From positions 1 through 63,963 of the forward strand of contig PFMD01000025.1 of assembly GCA_002784945.1 (NCBI GenBank): a DNA stretch of 63,963 bases, given 5' to 3'. The notes beneath the pieces were generated by a model, which saw only the letters and a list, made by a program, of their open reading frames with translations, was not told the origin of the DNA and did no database searches. Below are positions 51,507 to 61,193 of the stretch, piece after piece (positions within the stretch are counted from its first letter, which is position 1; every line of letters starts with the position of its first letter). Both the position numbers and the translations under genes were made by a program. Source of the DNA: Candidatus Kerfeldbacteria bacterium CG_4_10_14_0_8_um_filter_42_10. GTDB taxonomy: Bacteria; Patescibacteriota; Patescibacteriia; UM-FILTER-42-10.

Positions 51507-54338
51507 ATTGCTCAATTATCAAAAAAATACCAGCAGACTTGGAAAAAACATCCAATCGGCACCACTCCTGCGGGGAAAAAGAAACGGCCGCGAAAACCGA
51601 TTGTTTTGATATTAAAAATCGCGCTGGCGCTTTTTGTTATTGGGGGAATTTTGGGAGTAGCGGCTTTTGCCTGGATTTCTAAAGACTTGCCCGATCCCAA
51701 TCGAATCCTCGATAGAAACGTGGCTCAAAGCACCAAAATATATGACCGCAGCGGCGAAACCCTGCTTTACGAAATCCATGGGGACGAAAAAAGAACCCTG
51801 GTCACTATTGATCAGATTCCCGACTATCTTCAAAAAGCAACCATAATTATTGAGGATAAGGATTTTTATAAACACGGGGCGATCAGTCTCTGGGCAATTT
51901 TTCGCACTGTGGTTAAGAACGTCGTGACCGGAAGTAAGGCGGGCGGTTCCACTCTTACCCAGCAGTTGGTAAAAAACGCTATTCTCACCTCAGAAAAAAC
52001 CTATACCCGAAAAATCAAAGAGGCAATTTTATCTTACAATTTAGAGAAAAAATTCACCAAGGACGAAATTCTGCAGATGTATCTTAATGAAATACCATAC
52101 GGTTCTAATGCTTATGGAGTAGAATCGGCCGCTAATACTTATTTCGGGAAGGGCGTTAAAGATCTCGGTTTGGCGGAAAGCGCCATTCTAGCCGCTCTCC
52201 CTCAGGCTCCTTCTTATTACTCCCCCTACGGCAGTCATGTCGATGATTTGATCGGCCGGCAACAGTACATTCTAGATCTTATGGCCGAAAACGGATACAT
52301 CACCGAGCAACAGTCCACCGATGCCAAAAACGAAAAATTGGAATTTAAACAGCGGATCGCCAATATTAAAGCGCCGCACTTTGTTTTCTATGTCAAAGAC
52401 CTGCTCACGGAAAAATACGGGGAAAGAATGGTCGAGCAGGGAGGGTTAAAAGTCATCACCAGTCTAGATAGCTATAAACAAGAGGTGGCGGAAACAGTGG
52501 TCAACGATCTCTCCGCCAAGAATGAACGCTATAATGCCTCTAACGCCGCCCTGGCATCAATCGATACGAAATCAGGAGAAATCCTGGCCATGGTCGGCTC
52601 CCGCGATTATTTTAACGAAGCTATTGACGGTCAGGTAAACGTAACCATTCGCGACCGCCAGCCCGGTTCTTCTTTTAAACCGGTGGTTTACGCCACCGCT
52701 TTTACCAAAGGGTACACCCCCGAAACGATGCTTTTTGATCTTAAAACCAATTTTGGCAACTACTCGCCTTCCAACTACGACCTCACCGAGCATGGCCCTT
52801 TATCCATGCGGCAAGCTTTGGCCGGTTCCTTGAATATTCCGGCGGTTAAAACCCTCTATTTGGCCGGATTGGACAACGTCTTAGAGCTTGCCCACGCCAT
52901 GGGATACTCCACCCTGAACGATCGCGACCGGTATGGCCTTTCGCTGGTTCTGGGCGGGGGCGAGGTAAAACTTTTAGAACATACCGCTGCGTTCGCGGTG
53001 TTTGCGCGAGAAGGCCTGCGCTATCCAACAACGGCCATTCTTAGAGTAGAAGATAAAGATGGAAAAATTCTAGAAGAATATAAACCGCCAGAGGGTCAAG
53101 AAGTGCTCGACAAAAAAGTCGCTCAACAAATAAACAGCATTCTTACGGATAATAACGCGCGCGCCTTTATTTTCGGCTCCCGAAATTACCTTACTCTTTC
53201 CGATCGACCGGTAGCGGCTAAAACCGGCACCACCAATGATTTTCATGACGCCTGGACAATCGGCTACACTCCCTCTATTGCTACCGGGGTTTGGGTAGGC
53301 AATAATGATAATTCCGCCATGTCTCGAGGGGCGGACGGTTCGGTGGTGGCCGCCCCGATCTGGCATGAATATATGCAACAAATTCTCACCGGGACTCCGG
53401 TCGAGTGGTTTCATTCCCCTCCTTCCGAAAATATTGAAAAGCCGGTTCTGCGAGGGCAAATCGATACCACCGTTACCAAAAAAGTGGATATCTATTCTGA
53501 AAAAGTAATCCCGGATTCCTGTCTTGATACCTACCCGGAAAAATACATCAAAGATAAAGAGTTTAAGGAAACGCACAACATCCTCCATTATGTTGACCGC
53601 AATAACCCCCGCGGACCTGTACCTGCTAACCCGGAAAAAGATCCTCAATACCAAGGATGGGAAGCTCCGGTAAGGCACTGGGCCGAGGCTCATGGCTATA
53701 CTTATAGTTTTGAATATGAAAGTTGCGATAAGCGCACCCCCGGATCACAACCCGAGGTAAAAATAACAAGCCCTAAGCAAAATTCCACCTTAAACGAAAA
53801 TAATTTTGATATCTCTACTACAGTTTCCGCAGGCAGCGGGCACCATTTAACTAAGGTGGAATACTATATTGATACCACTTTAATCGAATCTTCAACTAAA
53901 AGTCCTTTTCAAACCACGTACCAGCCGACTAATCTCACCAACGGGGATCATAAGCTGATCGTCCGGGCCTACGATGAAGTGCTAAATTTTACCGAAGGCA
54001 GTGTTAATTTCAGCTACCAATCCAACCAGGATACCAGCGTTTATTTTACCAATCCCGAGCAGTCTGGTTCTGTAAGCAGCGGCGAATTCCCCATCACTTT
54101 AGAAGCTTATGCTTATGATCCGGCCGGCATCAGTCAAGTTGACTTCTATTACTACGACGCCGGCCTCTCCTCACCTTCCCACATCCTCATAAATTCCGTG
54201 GAGTCGCCTTCCTCTAACTCAGTAAGTACCGCTTGGGCGGAGTCTCCGGATACCGGAGAATATAAATTATATCTCGTCGCCACTAATCGAAATCAAAAAG
54301 AGACGGAAAGCGACCGCCTCTCTTTAACTATTAATTAA
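51501..54338 (+). CDS. Class A penicillin-binding protein (transglycosylase + transpeptidase) with C-terminal Ig-like extension
   Basis: EDKDFYKHGA and GGSTLTQQLVKN (GT51). SSFKP (SxxK) and KTGTT (transpeptidase). About 200 extra C-terminal residues. Confidence 0.9.
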   Translation: MPIAQLSKKYQQTWKKHPIGTTPAGKKKRPRKPIVLILKIALALFVIGGILGVAAFAWISKDLPDPNRILDRNVAQSTKIYDRSGETLLYEIHGDEKRTLVTIDQIPDYLQKATIIIEDKDFYKHGAISLWAIFRTVVKNVVTGSKAGGSTLTQQLVKNAILTSEKTYTRKIKEAILSYNLEKKFTKDEILQMYLNEIPYGSNAYGVESAANTYFGKGVKDLGLAESAILAALPQAPSYYSPYGSHVDDLIGRQQYILDLMAENGYITEQQSTDAKNEKLEFKQRIANIKAPHFVFYVKDLLTEKYGERMVEQGGLKVITSLDSYKQEVAETVVNDLSAKNERYNASNAALASIDTKSGEILAMVGSRDYFNEAIDGQVNVTIRDRQPGSSFKPVVYATAFTKGYTPETMLFDLKTNFGNYSPSNYDLTEHGPLSMRQALAGSLNIPAVKTLYLAGLDNVLELAHAMGYSTLNDRDRYGLSLVLGGGEVKLLEHTAAFAVFAREGLRYPTTAILRVEDKDGKILEEYKPPEGQEVLDKKVAQQINSILTDNNARAFIFGSRNYLTLSDRPVAAKTGTTNDFHDAWTIGYTPSIATGVWVGNNDNSAMSRGADGSVVAAPIWHEYMQQILTGTPVEWFHSPPSENIEKPVLRGQIDTTVTKKVDIYSEKVIPDSCLDTYPEKYIKDKEFKETHNILHYVDRNNPRGPVPANPEKDPQYQGWEAPVRHWAEAHGYTYSFEYESCDKRTPGSQPEVKITSPKQNSTLNENNFDISTTVSAGSGHHLTKVEYYIDTTLIESSTKSPFQTTYQPTNLTNGDHKLIVRAYDEVLNFTEGSVNFSYQSNQDTSVYFTNPEQSGSVSSGEFPITLEAYAYDPAGISQVDFYYYDAGLSSPSHILINSVESPSSNSVSTAWAESPDTGEYKLYLVATNRNQKETESDRLSLTIN

Positions 54339-54342
54339 GAAT

Positions 54343-54642
54343 TCATCTTATTTGAATCCGCAGTTTTTTTACGGCGGTTTTTTTGTATTGGGAGTTTATC
54401 ATCTCTATAATTTTCTTTTCCTTAAACCCGATCTCCGCCGCGTAAACGGAATCTAATACTTCTACGGTTAATGTGCCTCTTCTCAGGTAGCGGGGTTTAA
54501 TCCGTTCCAGCGCCTGCCGACCCCAAGTTTCGGCCGTAATGTTTTTAAAATCTTCTATTATATGAGAAGCGGTTATTTCTTCTTGAATCCCCGCCCTTCT
54601 GATCGATCCGTCTAAAAGATTGCCAATTTTTTGAATAACCAT
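54343..54642 (-). CDS. DUF721 / DciA-like protein
   Basis: 99 aa, directly downstream of dnaN. Position and size are typical of DUF721 proteins. Confidence 0.5.
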   Translation of the reverse strand: MVIQKIGNLLDGSIRRAGIQEEITASHIIEDFKNITAETWGRQALERIKPRYLRRGTLTVEVLDSVYAAEIGFKEKKIIEMINSQYKKTAVKKLRIQIR

Positions 54643-54649
54643 TGTGCTC

Positions 54650-55756
54650 CTACTGTTTTATCGGCATGATAATATATAAGTAACCTTCCCCTTCTTCCGG
54701 TTTTATTACCCCCGGATTAGTGTTGTTGATTATTTCAATCACTACTTTTTCCGAATTTATGTTCTGCAGTCCGTCTAAAAGATAACGGTGATTAAAAACA
54801 ATTTCGTTTTCTCCTCCTTCGATGGCCACTTTCAACCGCGACACATTTTCTCCCAGCTGAGCATTAACGGCCGATATCACCATTTCTTTTTTATCCGGAA
54901 ATATTTTCAAGGTTACATCGTTTACCCCGCTTCGTGAAAACAAGCTGGTTGTTTTGATGGTTTTAACCAGCTCCTCTTTATTAGCCACCACTTTGGTTTT
55001 ACATTCCTTGGGGATAATCTGTTGATAATCTGGGTAGCTGCCCTCGATTGCTCTGGAGATTATTTCAATTTCATCCAGACAAAACAGCGCTTGGTTTTCC
55101 GCTAGGTAAATGTCTAAGTTTTCCACAGCGGTAACTCCCAATATTCTTATCAGCTCCTGCAGCGTTCTGGTTGGCAAAATTGTTTCTATTTCTCCGACCT
55201 GTTTTTTTTCAACCTTAATGATTTTTTCAGCTAAGCGGTAGCTATCCGTGGCAACCAACCTAATTTCTTTTTCCGTGATTTTCATCAGCACCCCGCTTAT
55301 TTCCGGTCTGGTTTCATCGTAAGCCGCGGCAAAAATAGTTTCTTTTATGGCATCTTTGAGCGTCCCTATGTTAAGCTGGATTTTATTCTTTTTTTCCAAA
55401 GACGGCAGCAAGGGATAATCTTCCGCGTTCATGCCCTGAATAGTGGTCTCTTGATCGGTGCATTTAATGTAGATTTTCTTTTCGGACTCTTCGATTAATA
55501 TCTTCTCGTTAGGCAAAAGGCTAATGTAATCGGCGAACAACCTTGCCGGAACGGTGGTTTTCCCGGGTTCTTCTATCTTCCCCCTAATTCGACAACTGAT
55601 TCCTATTTCCAGATTCGTCGAAGAAAGCTGAATTATTCCGTCTTCCGCTTTTATCAAAATATTATCCAGAATCGGAAGAGTGGTGTTTTTTCCGGCTAAG
55701 TGACTTACCACATTAAGTCCTTGATTTAAATTTTCTTGGGTGCAAAGTATCTTCAT
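54650..55756 (-). CDS. dnaN: DNA polymerase III beta sliding clamp
   Basis: 368 aa with a three-domain clamp pattern. N-terminus LNQGLNVVSHLAGKNTTLPILDNILI. Adjacent to dnaA. Confidence 0.9.
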   Translation of the reverse strand: MKILCTQENLNQGLNVVSHLAGKNTTLPILDNILIKAEDGIIQLSSTNLEIGISCRIRGKIEEPGKTTVPARLFADYISLLPNEKILIEESEKKIYIKCTDQETTIQGMNAEDYPLLPSLEKKNKIQLNIGTLKDAIKETIFAAAYDETRPEISGVLMKITEKEIRLVATDSYRLAEKIIKVEKKQVGEIETILPTRTLQELIRILGVTAVENLDIYLAENQALFCLDEIEIISRAIEGSYPDYQQIIPKECKTKVVANKEELVKTIKTTSLFSRSGVNDVTLKIFPDKKEMVISAVNAQLGENVSRLKVAIEGGENEIVFNHRYLLDGLQNINSEKVVIEIINNTNPGVIKPEEGEGYLYIIMPIKQ

Positions 55757-56004
55757 ATTATTATTAATAATAGATTATATTTAATTTAGTAGTAGTAATA
55801 AGCGAGTTGATAAGTGGAAAAGTGCTTAGAAGTTATTTTTTGCTAAGGAATTTTAATTTTTATTTTAACAGAGCTAGGGATAAGGCTATTGAAAACTTGA
55901 GAGGTACTGTCTTAAAATAAGAAAAGGAAAAACATTTTTAAATTATTCACATACCTTTCACAAGGTAATACCCAGGTTAACAAGAATTATTTGGGATCCA
56001 TTTT

Positions 56005-57375
56005 TTAGTTGTACAGACGTTGCCGAATTAATTCGATTTCTTGTTTTATTTTTTCATCTTCCTCCACTTCTTTTACTATTTTCATATAAGCATGCATGGC
56101 GGTGGTGTGATCTCGCCCACCAATTTCTTGTCCGATGTTGGGGTAAGAACTTTTCATTTCTTCCCGCATTAAATACATGGTAATTTGTCGGGGAACCACC
56201 AATTCTTTTTTTCGGCAATCACCGACCAGCTCCGCAATGCCAATGTCATAAAACTCCGCCACGGTATTGATCAGCTTTTTAGGGGTTATAGCTCCCCGGC
56301 GAGGGTTGGTAGAGAGGGCGGAAAGGACGTTTTTAGCAGTCTCAAGATCAAATGTGGAATTGTTTAATTCGTGGTGAGCGATCAAACGGTTTAAAGCGCC
56401 TTCCAACTCTCTAACATTGCTTTGGACCGAAGAAGCGATATAGGCAAGCAGGTCGCGATCCAAGATGTCAAAACCCTTTTCCCGACACTTGCTTTCTAAA
56501 ATGGCGATCCTGGTCTCTAAATCAGGGCTGGAAATATCTGCAATCATACCCCATTCAAAACGGGAGACCAGTCTTTGTTCCAAAGCCGGAATCGCCTTAG
56601 GGGGACGATCGGAACTGATAACAATTTGCTTGTTTAATTGATGAAGGGCGTTGAAAGTATGAAAAAATTCTTCTTGGGTTCTTTCCTTGGTGGCTAAGAA
56701 TTGAATATCATCGATTAAAAGCAGATCGGCCGAACGATAAAAATCTTTGAACTTTTCCGTGGTTCCCTTACTTACCGCTTGAATAAATTCATTGGTGAAT
56801 CTCTCGCAGGTTACATAAACAACCTTTTTATTTTTAAATATTTCCAGTGTTTTATGCCCGATTCCCTGCAAAAGATGGGTTTTTCCCAGGCCGACCCCGC
56901 CGTAAATAAAAAGAGGGTTATATACTATCCCGGGCTTTTCCGCTACAGCCTCACAAGCCGCCTTGGCCAAATCATTGCCTTTTCCGACCACAAAATTTTC
57001 AAAAGTGTAGCGGGGGTTAAGACCGTTAACGGTGGCGCTGGCATCCTCTTTCTTTGTTGCCGCGTCCATCGGCTTTTTCGGTTTTTCACCCTCATTAGCG
57101 TCGGCCGAAAGGATTTGGATATTTTTTATGCTTTCTACTTGGTAAACAATCTCCTTTAATCTATTATCGGTAAGATTTTGGAAAGCTTGGCTAATCGCTT
57201 TGTGGTATTTATTTTCAAACCAAGTTTTAGTGAAAGTGTTGGGGACGGCAATAATTACCTTAGTCTCTTCCAGTTCTAAAATAAAAGTATTTTTAAACCA
57301 GGTGGTAAAATTAGCCTTACTAAGCGATAGCTCTAATTCACCCAAAACCGCTTGCCAGAGTTGTTCTTTATTCAT
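56005..57375 (-). CDS. dnaA: Chromosomal replication initiator DnaA
   Basis: NPLFIYGGVGLGKTHLL Walker A, the LLIDDIQFL box, and a C-terminal DNA-binding domain with HTTAMHAY. Confidence 0.95.
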   Translation of the reverse strand: MNKEQLWQAVLGELELSLSKANFTTWFKNTFILELEETKVIIAVPNTFTKTWFENKYHKAISQAFQNLTDNRLKEIVYQVESIKNIQILSADANEGEKPKKPMDAATKKEDASATVNGLNPRYTFENFVVGKGNDLAKAACEAVAEKPGIVYNPLFIYGGVGLGKTHLLQGIGHKTLEIFKNKKVVYVTCERFTNEFIQAVSKGTTEKFKDFYRSADLLLIDDIQFLATKERTQEEFFHTFNALHQLNKQIVISSDRPPKAIPALEQRLVSRFEWGMIADISSPDLETRIAILESKCREKGFDILDRDLLAYIASSVQSNVRELEGALNRLIAHHELNNSTFDLETAKNVLSALSTNPRRGAITPKKLINTVAEFYDIGIAELVGDCRKKELVVPRQITMYLMREEMKSSYPNIGQEIGGRDHTTAMHAYMKIVKEVEEDEKIKQEIELIRQRLYN

Positions 57376-57575
57376 TTTAGCCCAAGTAGCTTAAATAATT
57401 AGCTACTCCTGAATATACCACAGATAAGAAAAAACAAAAATAATCCACAACTCGTTTTTTTGTTCATAACCTGTGGAAAGAATGAGGATAAGTACTGTCT
57501 CGTTGACCGTTAATAACCGGTCTGCTAGACTGAAGCTATCTCCAAAAATTATTTTATCTTTAAGGAGCGAAGCAG
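57376..57575. promoter_or_regulatory. dnaA-rpmH intergenic region with DnaA-box-like 9-mers (candidate oriC part)
   Basis: TAATCCACA (57441-57449) and TGAGGATAA (57483-57491, rc TTATCCTCA) are each 1 mismatch from TTATCCACA. CTGTGGAAA (57471-57479) is weaker. Confidence 0.4.
57503..57531 (+). promoter_or_regulatory. Sigma70-type promoter for the rpmH operon
   Basis: TTGACC (57503-57508), 17 nt, TAGACT (57526-57531). Confidence 0.5.
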
Positions 57576-57713
57576 ATGCCTAAAAGGACTTATCAACCCA
57601 AAAAAAGAAAGCGACAAAAGAGCCATGGATTCAGAAAAAGAATGAAGCGAGCGACCGGAAGAAAAGTACTTAAAAGAAGAAGGGCGAAAAAGAGAAAAAG
57701 AATCAGTATCTAA
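57576..57713 (+). CDS. rpmH: 50S ribosomal protein L34
   Basis: Hand translation gives [53 protein letters not shown]. It is below the ORF-track cutoff. Confidence 0.9.
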   Translation: MPKRTYQPKKRKRQKSHGFRKRMKRATGRKVLKRRRAKKRKRISI

Positions 57714-57721
57714 AAATTTTT

Positions 57722-58090
57722 ATGCTTGCCAAACAGTATCGACTGGTTCGGAAAAAAGATTTTGCCGAGATCTACCAAAAGGGGAAATCAAGCGCCCTTC
57801 CCACGCTAGCCCTAAGGTTCAAAAGAAGAAATCAAGCAGAGGGGGCGGTACCGGCAAATTCCCGTTTCGGTTTTGTAGTATCAGGTAAAATTTTCAAGAA
57901 AATAGTTTTGCGGAATAAATTAAAAAGGCAGCTCCGGAGCATAATTCAAAACCGACTAAACAGCATTACGGCGGGGTTTGACTGCGTGATTATCGCACGC
58001 TTCCGTATCGTTAATCGGGATTATCGGCAAATTGAAAAAGATGTTGATCAATTACTCCAAAAAACCAACCTTTTAAAGCTAAGTAAATGA
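57722..58090 (+). CDS. rnpA: RNase P protein component
   Basis: 122 aa, basic. Sits in the conserved rpmH-rnpA-yidD-yidC order. Confidence 0.85.
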   Translation: MLAKQYRLVRKKDFAEIYQKGKSSALPTLALRFKRRNQAEGAVPANSRFGFVVSGKIFKKIVLRNKLKRQLRSIIQNRLNSITAGFDCVIIARFRIVNRDYRQIEKDVDQLLQKTNLLKLSK

Positions 58091-58362
58091 AATCAAATAT
58101 TTTTTTAGTATTCCGAAAAGTAATTCTGTCTTTGATCAGATTTTACCAAATAACCATTTCGCCTGATCACGGCCTTTGGTCGTATAAACATCCCCACGGC
58201 TATTGTAAATTTAGCCCCACCTGTTCCCAGTACGCTTATCAAGCCATTGAAAATTGGGGGATTATTGTAGGCGGCGGTAAGGCGATTAGACGAATTATTC
58301 GGTGTAATCCTTTTAGTCGCGGGGGTTACGATCCTATTGAGTTAGAAAAACATAATACTTAA
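58087..58362 (+). CDS. yidD: Membrane protein insertion efficiency factor YidD
   Basis: YQITISP...CKFSPTCSQYAYQAIE..G motif. Confidence 0.9.
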   Translation: MKSNIFLVFRKVILSLIRFYQITISPDHGLWSYKHPHGYCKFSPTCSQYAYQAIENWGIIVGGGKAIRRIIRCNPFSRGGYDPIELEKHNT

Positions 58363-58376
58363 AAACAGAAAACAGA

Positions 58377-59186
58377 ATGATTGAGTTATTTAATACTATT
58401 CTATACGAACCGCTTTTTAACGGGTTGATTTATCTTTATCATGTCATCCCGGGAAAAGATATTGGTATTGCCATAATTTTGCTAACCTTAGCCATAAAAA
58501 TAATACTATTTTTCCCTTCTCTTTCGGCAATTAAATCTCAAAAAGCGCTTCAAGAAACCCAACCCAAATTAGAGGCGCTTAAGAAAAAATACAAAAACGA
58601 CAAAGAAGAATTAGGAAGACAACTGATGAAATTTTATAAGGAAAATAAAGTCAGCCCCTTTTCCTCTTGCCTCCCCTTGCTTATCCAGCTGCCAATTTTA
58701 CTGGCTTTGTATCAGGTATTTTTAAACGGTTTGATTACTGATCCGACCACCGGGCTGCTGGTTCCTAATCAGCTCAACCATCTATATGGTTACTTGAAGG
58801 ATATTTATTCCAACACTCCCATTCATTCCATGTTTCTTGGATTCGTTGATATGGCCAAGAGCAAAAACATTATTTTAGCGGTAATTGCGGGAGCGCTGCA
58901 ATTTTGGCAGGGAAAGATGATGGTAACCATGAAACCGGCAATTAAAACGGCCGGCAGCAAAGACGAAGACCGCGCCGCGTCCATCAACCGCCAAATGATT
59001 TACTTTATGCCGGTGATTACCGTAATTTTCGGCTACCAGTTCCCGGCCGGGTTAACCCTTTATTGGATCGTCTCAACCCTATTTACCATTGTTCAGCAGT
59101 ATTACTTTTTCCGAAAAAGAAATTCCAATCCTAATCCTAATTCCACCCTACCTTCTATACCCACCACTAATGAAAATCCAAGATAA
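58377..59186 (+). CDS. yidC: Membrane insertase YidC/Oxa1 family (short form)
   Basis: AIILLTLAIKIILFP, SPFSSCLPLLIQLPIL and GLTLYW blocks. Confidence 0.9.
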   Translation: MIELFNTILYEPLFNGLIYLYHVIPGKDIGIAIILLTLAIKIILFFPSLSAIKSQKALQETQPKLEALKKKYKNDKEELGRQLMKFYKENKVSPFSSCLPLLIQLPILLALYQVFLNGLITDPTTGLLVPNQLNHLYGYLKDIYSNTPIHSMFLGFVDMAKSKNIILAVIAGALQFWQGKMMVTMKPAIKTAGSKDEDRAASINRQMIYFMPVITVIFGYQFPAGLTLYWIVSTLFTIVQQYYFFRKRNSNPNPNSTLPSIPTTNENPR

Positions 59187-59484
59187 AAAATTAATTCATT
59201 TGCCGGTATTCACCAAATCAGGAAAAGAATTGGGCCGGGTTTGCGGTTTTGAAATAGACGTCGAAACTCAGGCAATTGTAAATTACCGCGTAAAGAGCCA
59301 TCGCTTGATAGCGGAACTATTTGCCAGTGAATTAATTATTGCCGCCGCCCAAGTCATTTCCATAACAGGAAAAAGGATGACGGTGAAAGACCTAGAGTTA
59401 TCAGAAAAAGCGGAAATGCTCGAAAAAAATCAATTGGTAAAAAACAAAGTTGCCCCGCCGGTTTCTTTCAGTAAATCGGAATAG
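59170..59484 (+). CDS. PRC-barrel domain protein
   Basis: Start set at MKIQDKKLIHLPVFTKSGKELGRVCGFEIDVETQ, which is typical of PRC-barrel proteins. The longer tracked ORF overlaps yidC. Confidence 0.55.
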   Translation: MKIQDKKLIHLPVFTKSGKELGRVCGFEIDVETQAIVNYRVKSHRLIAELFASELIIAAAQVISITGKRMTVKDLELSEKAEMLEKNQLVKNKVAPPVSFSKSE

Positions 59485-59890
59485 TAAAACACTAGACTAC
59501 AAAATTAAAAAGCAGGGAGAGTAAGGATGAAAATACCCGACTCCCCTGCTTTTGGTTTAGGGCTATTTAAGCCAAGCGCTAGATGTTAACTGTACATGCT
59601 TAAAATAAATCCTTGATTTCATATTATTTTCCCATTCCTCCGGCAATTTAGTGAACTACTTGTTTTATTTCACGACTAACAGCCATTCAAGCTTGTTAGT
59701 TATGGAAAAGTTGACAAAAACCAGGATTAAGCTAATATTTGTTGGTTAAAGTGATTCATCGCCAGAAGTAAAAGCCATTATTAAGGGAACTGCTTAGAAA
59801 CTAATGCAAAATGATTGTCCGTTTTATTTCAAGATTGCAAACAACGCTGAAGTTATAGAAAGACGTCAAAAAAAGGAAAAGGGTACCACT

Positions 59891-60592
59891 ATGGCTAATT
59901 TGAAAAGAAGACGTTTTGGTTCGTTACAGCCGGGCTCGGCTGCACACGTGATCGAACATGCCCGCGTCAGGGCGAGTCGCGGACGCGTTCCCTCATTACC
60001 CTATCTGGGTGTAGGGAATCCCCGCAAAGCCTTGGCATTGGCTCAAAGCGGCGCCACTGCCCCGCCTGACCCCAAAAACCATTTTCAGACCAGTGAGCAT
60101 AGGGTGACCACTGATGGCTCCCTGGACCAGTTCCTGGCCGACCTGGGGAAAAGGGTGAAGGTCCGGAAAGAGGTATTGCCGTTGCTCAAACTCGTGTTCG
60201 GCGCAGTTCCTCCTAACGGCACGATCCCGCCGGGAACCGAGTACAATTTCACCCTTCTTCAGTGGAAGGGACGCGGCAGTCGGGTCAGCAACAACCAGGT
60301 CCGGTCCGGCGCCATTCACGAATTAAACATCCAGGAGCCCCTGGTCGGAGTGGCCGCTTATGTGGCGAAGCTTCTTTCGCGCCGTGAGCTCACGAAGATG
60401 GGCTTGGAAAAGGTGATCGTTATGCATCCGCCCGTTTCTTTCTCCGGCTTCGGCGACGCCCAGCTACTGATCGGTCTTGATGCTTCCAGCAGAAGCGGCC
60501 TGATACTCGACGTGTTCGTTGGTGAACCCAGTAACAGTTGGAATGCTTCCAACACCGGCTTCCTGTTCCTGGGATCTTCTACCAACGGCTAA
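59891..60592 (+). CDS. Hypothetical protein (G+C-rich orphan)
   Basis: Start set at MANLKRRRF. No family recognised. Local G+C is about 57-62% on hand-counted lines. Confidence 0.5.
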   Translation: MANLKRRRFGSLQPGSAAHVIEHARVRASRGRVPSLPYLGVGNPRKALALAQSGATAPPDPKNHFQTSEHRVTTDGSLDQFLADLGKRVKVRKEVLPLLKLVFGAVPPNGTIPPGTEYNFTLLQWKGRGSRVSNNQVRSGAIHELNIQEPLVGVAAYVAKLLSRRELTKMGLEKVIVMHPPVSFSGFGDAQLLIGLDASSRSGLILDVFVGEPSNSWNASNTGFLFLGSSTNG

Positions 60593-60608
60593 CTCGGTTC
60601 TTTTCTTT

Positions 60609-60666
60609 AATCCCGTGTTCGTGTCCATTGCGCTACGCAATGACCTGAGCACGGGATTCTTTTATT
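60609..60666. terminator. Compound hairpin between convergent genes
   Basis: AATCCCGTG...CACGGGATT outer stem, CATTGCG-CTA-CGCAATG inner stem, then CTTTTATTT. Confidence 0.6.
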
Positions 60667-60678
60667 TAAAAAATTTTG

Positions 60679-61149
60679 CTAATTTTTGGCTGGTTTCATC
60701 AATGCACCAATCAGCAGTATTTCTCTTTTGAATTTTTGCTCGGCTATATTTTTATTTTTGTTCAGGCAGTAAATGAATTTCAATCCTTTTACCAATTTTA
60801 ATTCTTTGTTAATTTCGTTTATTGATTTCAGGTGGCCAATGAAATTTAAGTAACATTGTTTATACTGTGAAACCGTTTTGCAATTCAAAAAATTTTGCTG
60901 GCCGAACAGTTTTTTGTCTTGGGCGCTGGCCGGAATTAATCCGGCCGTGAATAATCCATTCGGTTCTTCGTTAAGAGTTAAAAATAAACGGCACTTATCG
61001 CAATTATTATCGCATTTTCGGACGTCTTCTGTGTCGTAAATCAAACGAAATCCCCGCCAATCGTCCAAAATAACGTTGATGAAGTTAGGACATTTTCTTT
61101 TTAACTGCCGGAATTTTCTTTCGGCAATAGTTATTATTCTTTTATTCAT
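60679..61149 (-). CDS. Hypothetical protein with CDNNCDKC cluster
   Basis: 156 aa. It starts immediately after the rSAM terminator. No family recognised. Confidence 0.5.
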   Translation of the reverse strand: MNKRIITIAERKFRQLKRKCPNFINVILDDWRGFRLIYDTEDVRKCDNNCDKCRLFLTLNEEPNGLFTAGLIPASAQDKKLFGQQNFLNCKTVSQYKQCYLNFIGHLKSINEINKELKLVKGLKFIYCLNKNKNIAEQKFKREILLIGALMKPAKN

Positions 61150-61152
61150 AAT

Positions 61153-61189
61153 TAAAAAAAATAAGGGCGGTCGGAAAATAACCGCCCTT
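61153..61189 (-). terminator. Rho-independent terminator after the rSAM/SPASM gene
   Basis: Minus strand reads AAGGGCGGT-TATTTTCCG-ACCGCCCTT followed by ATTTTTTTT. Confidence 0.6.
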
Positions 61190-61193
61190 TGGT

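Noticed and set aside
53070-53693. 207-aa ORF antisense to the PBP1A gene.
   Set aside because: It lies inside a gene with clear SxxK/KTG motifs on the other strand, and its composition is low-complexity.
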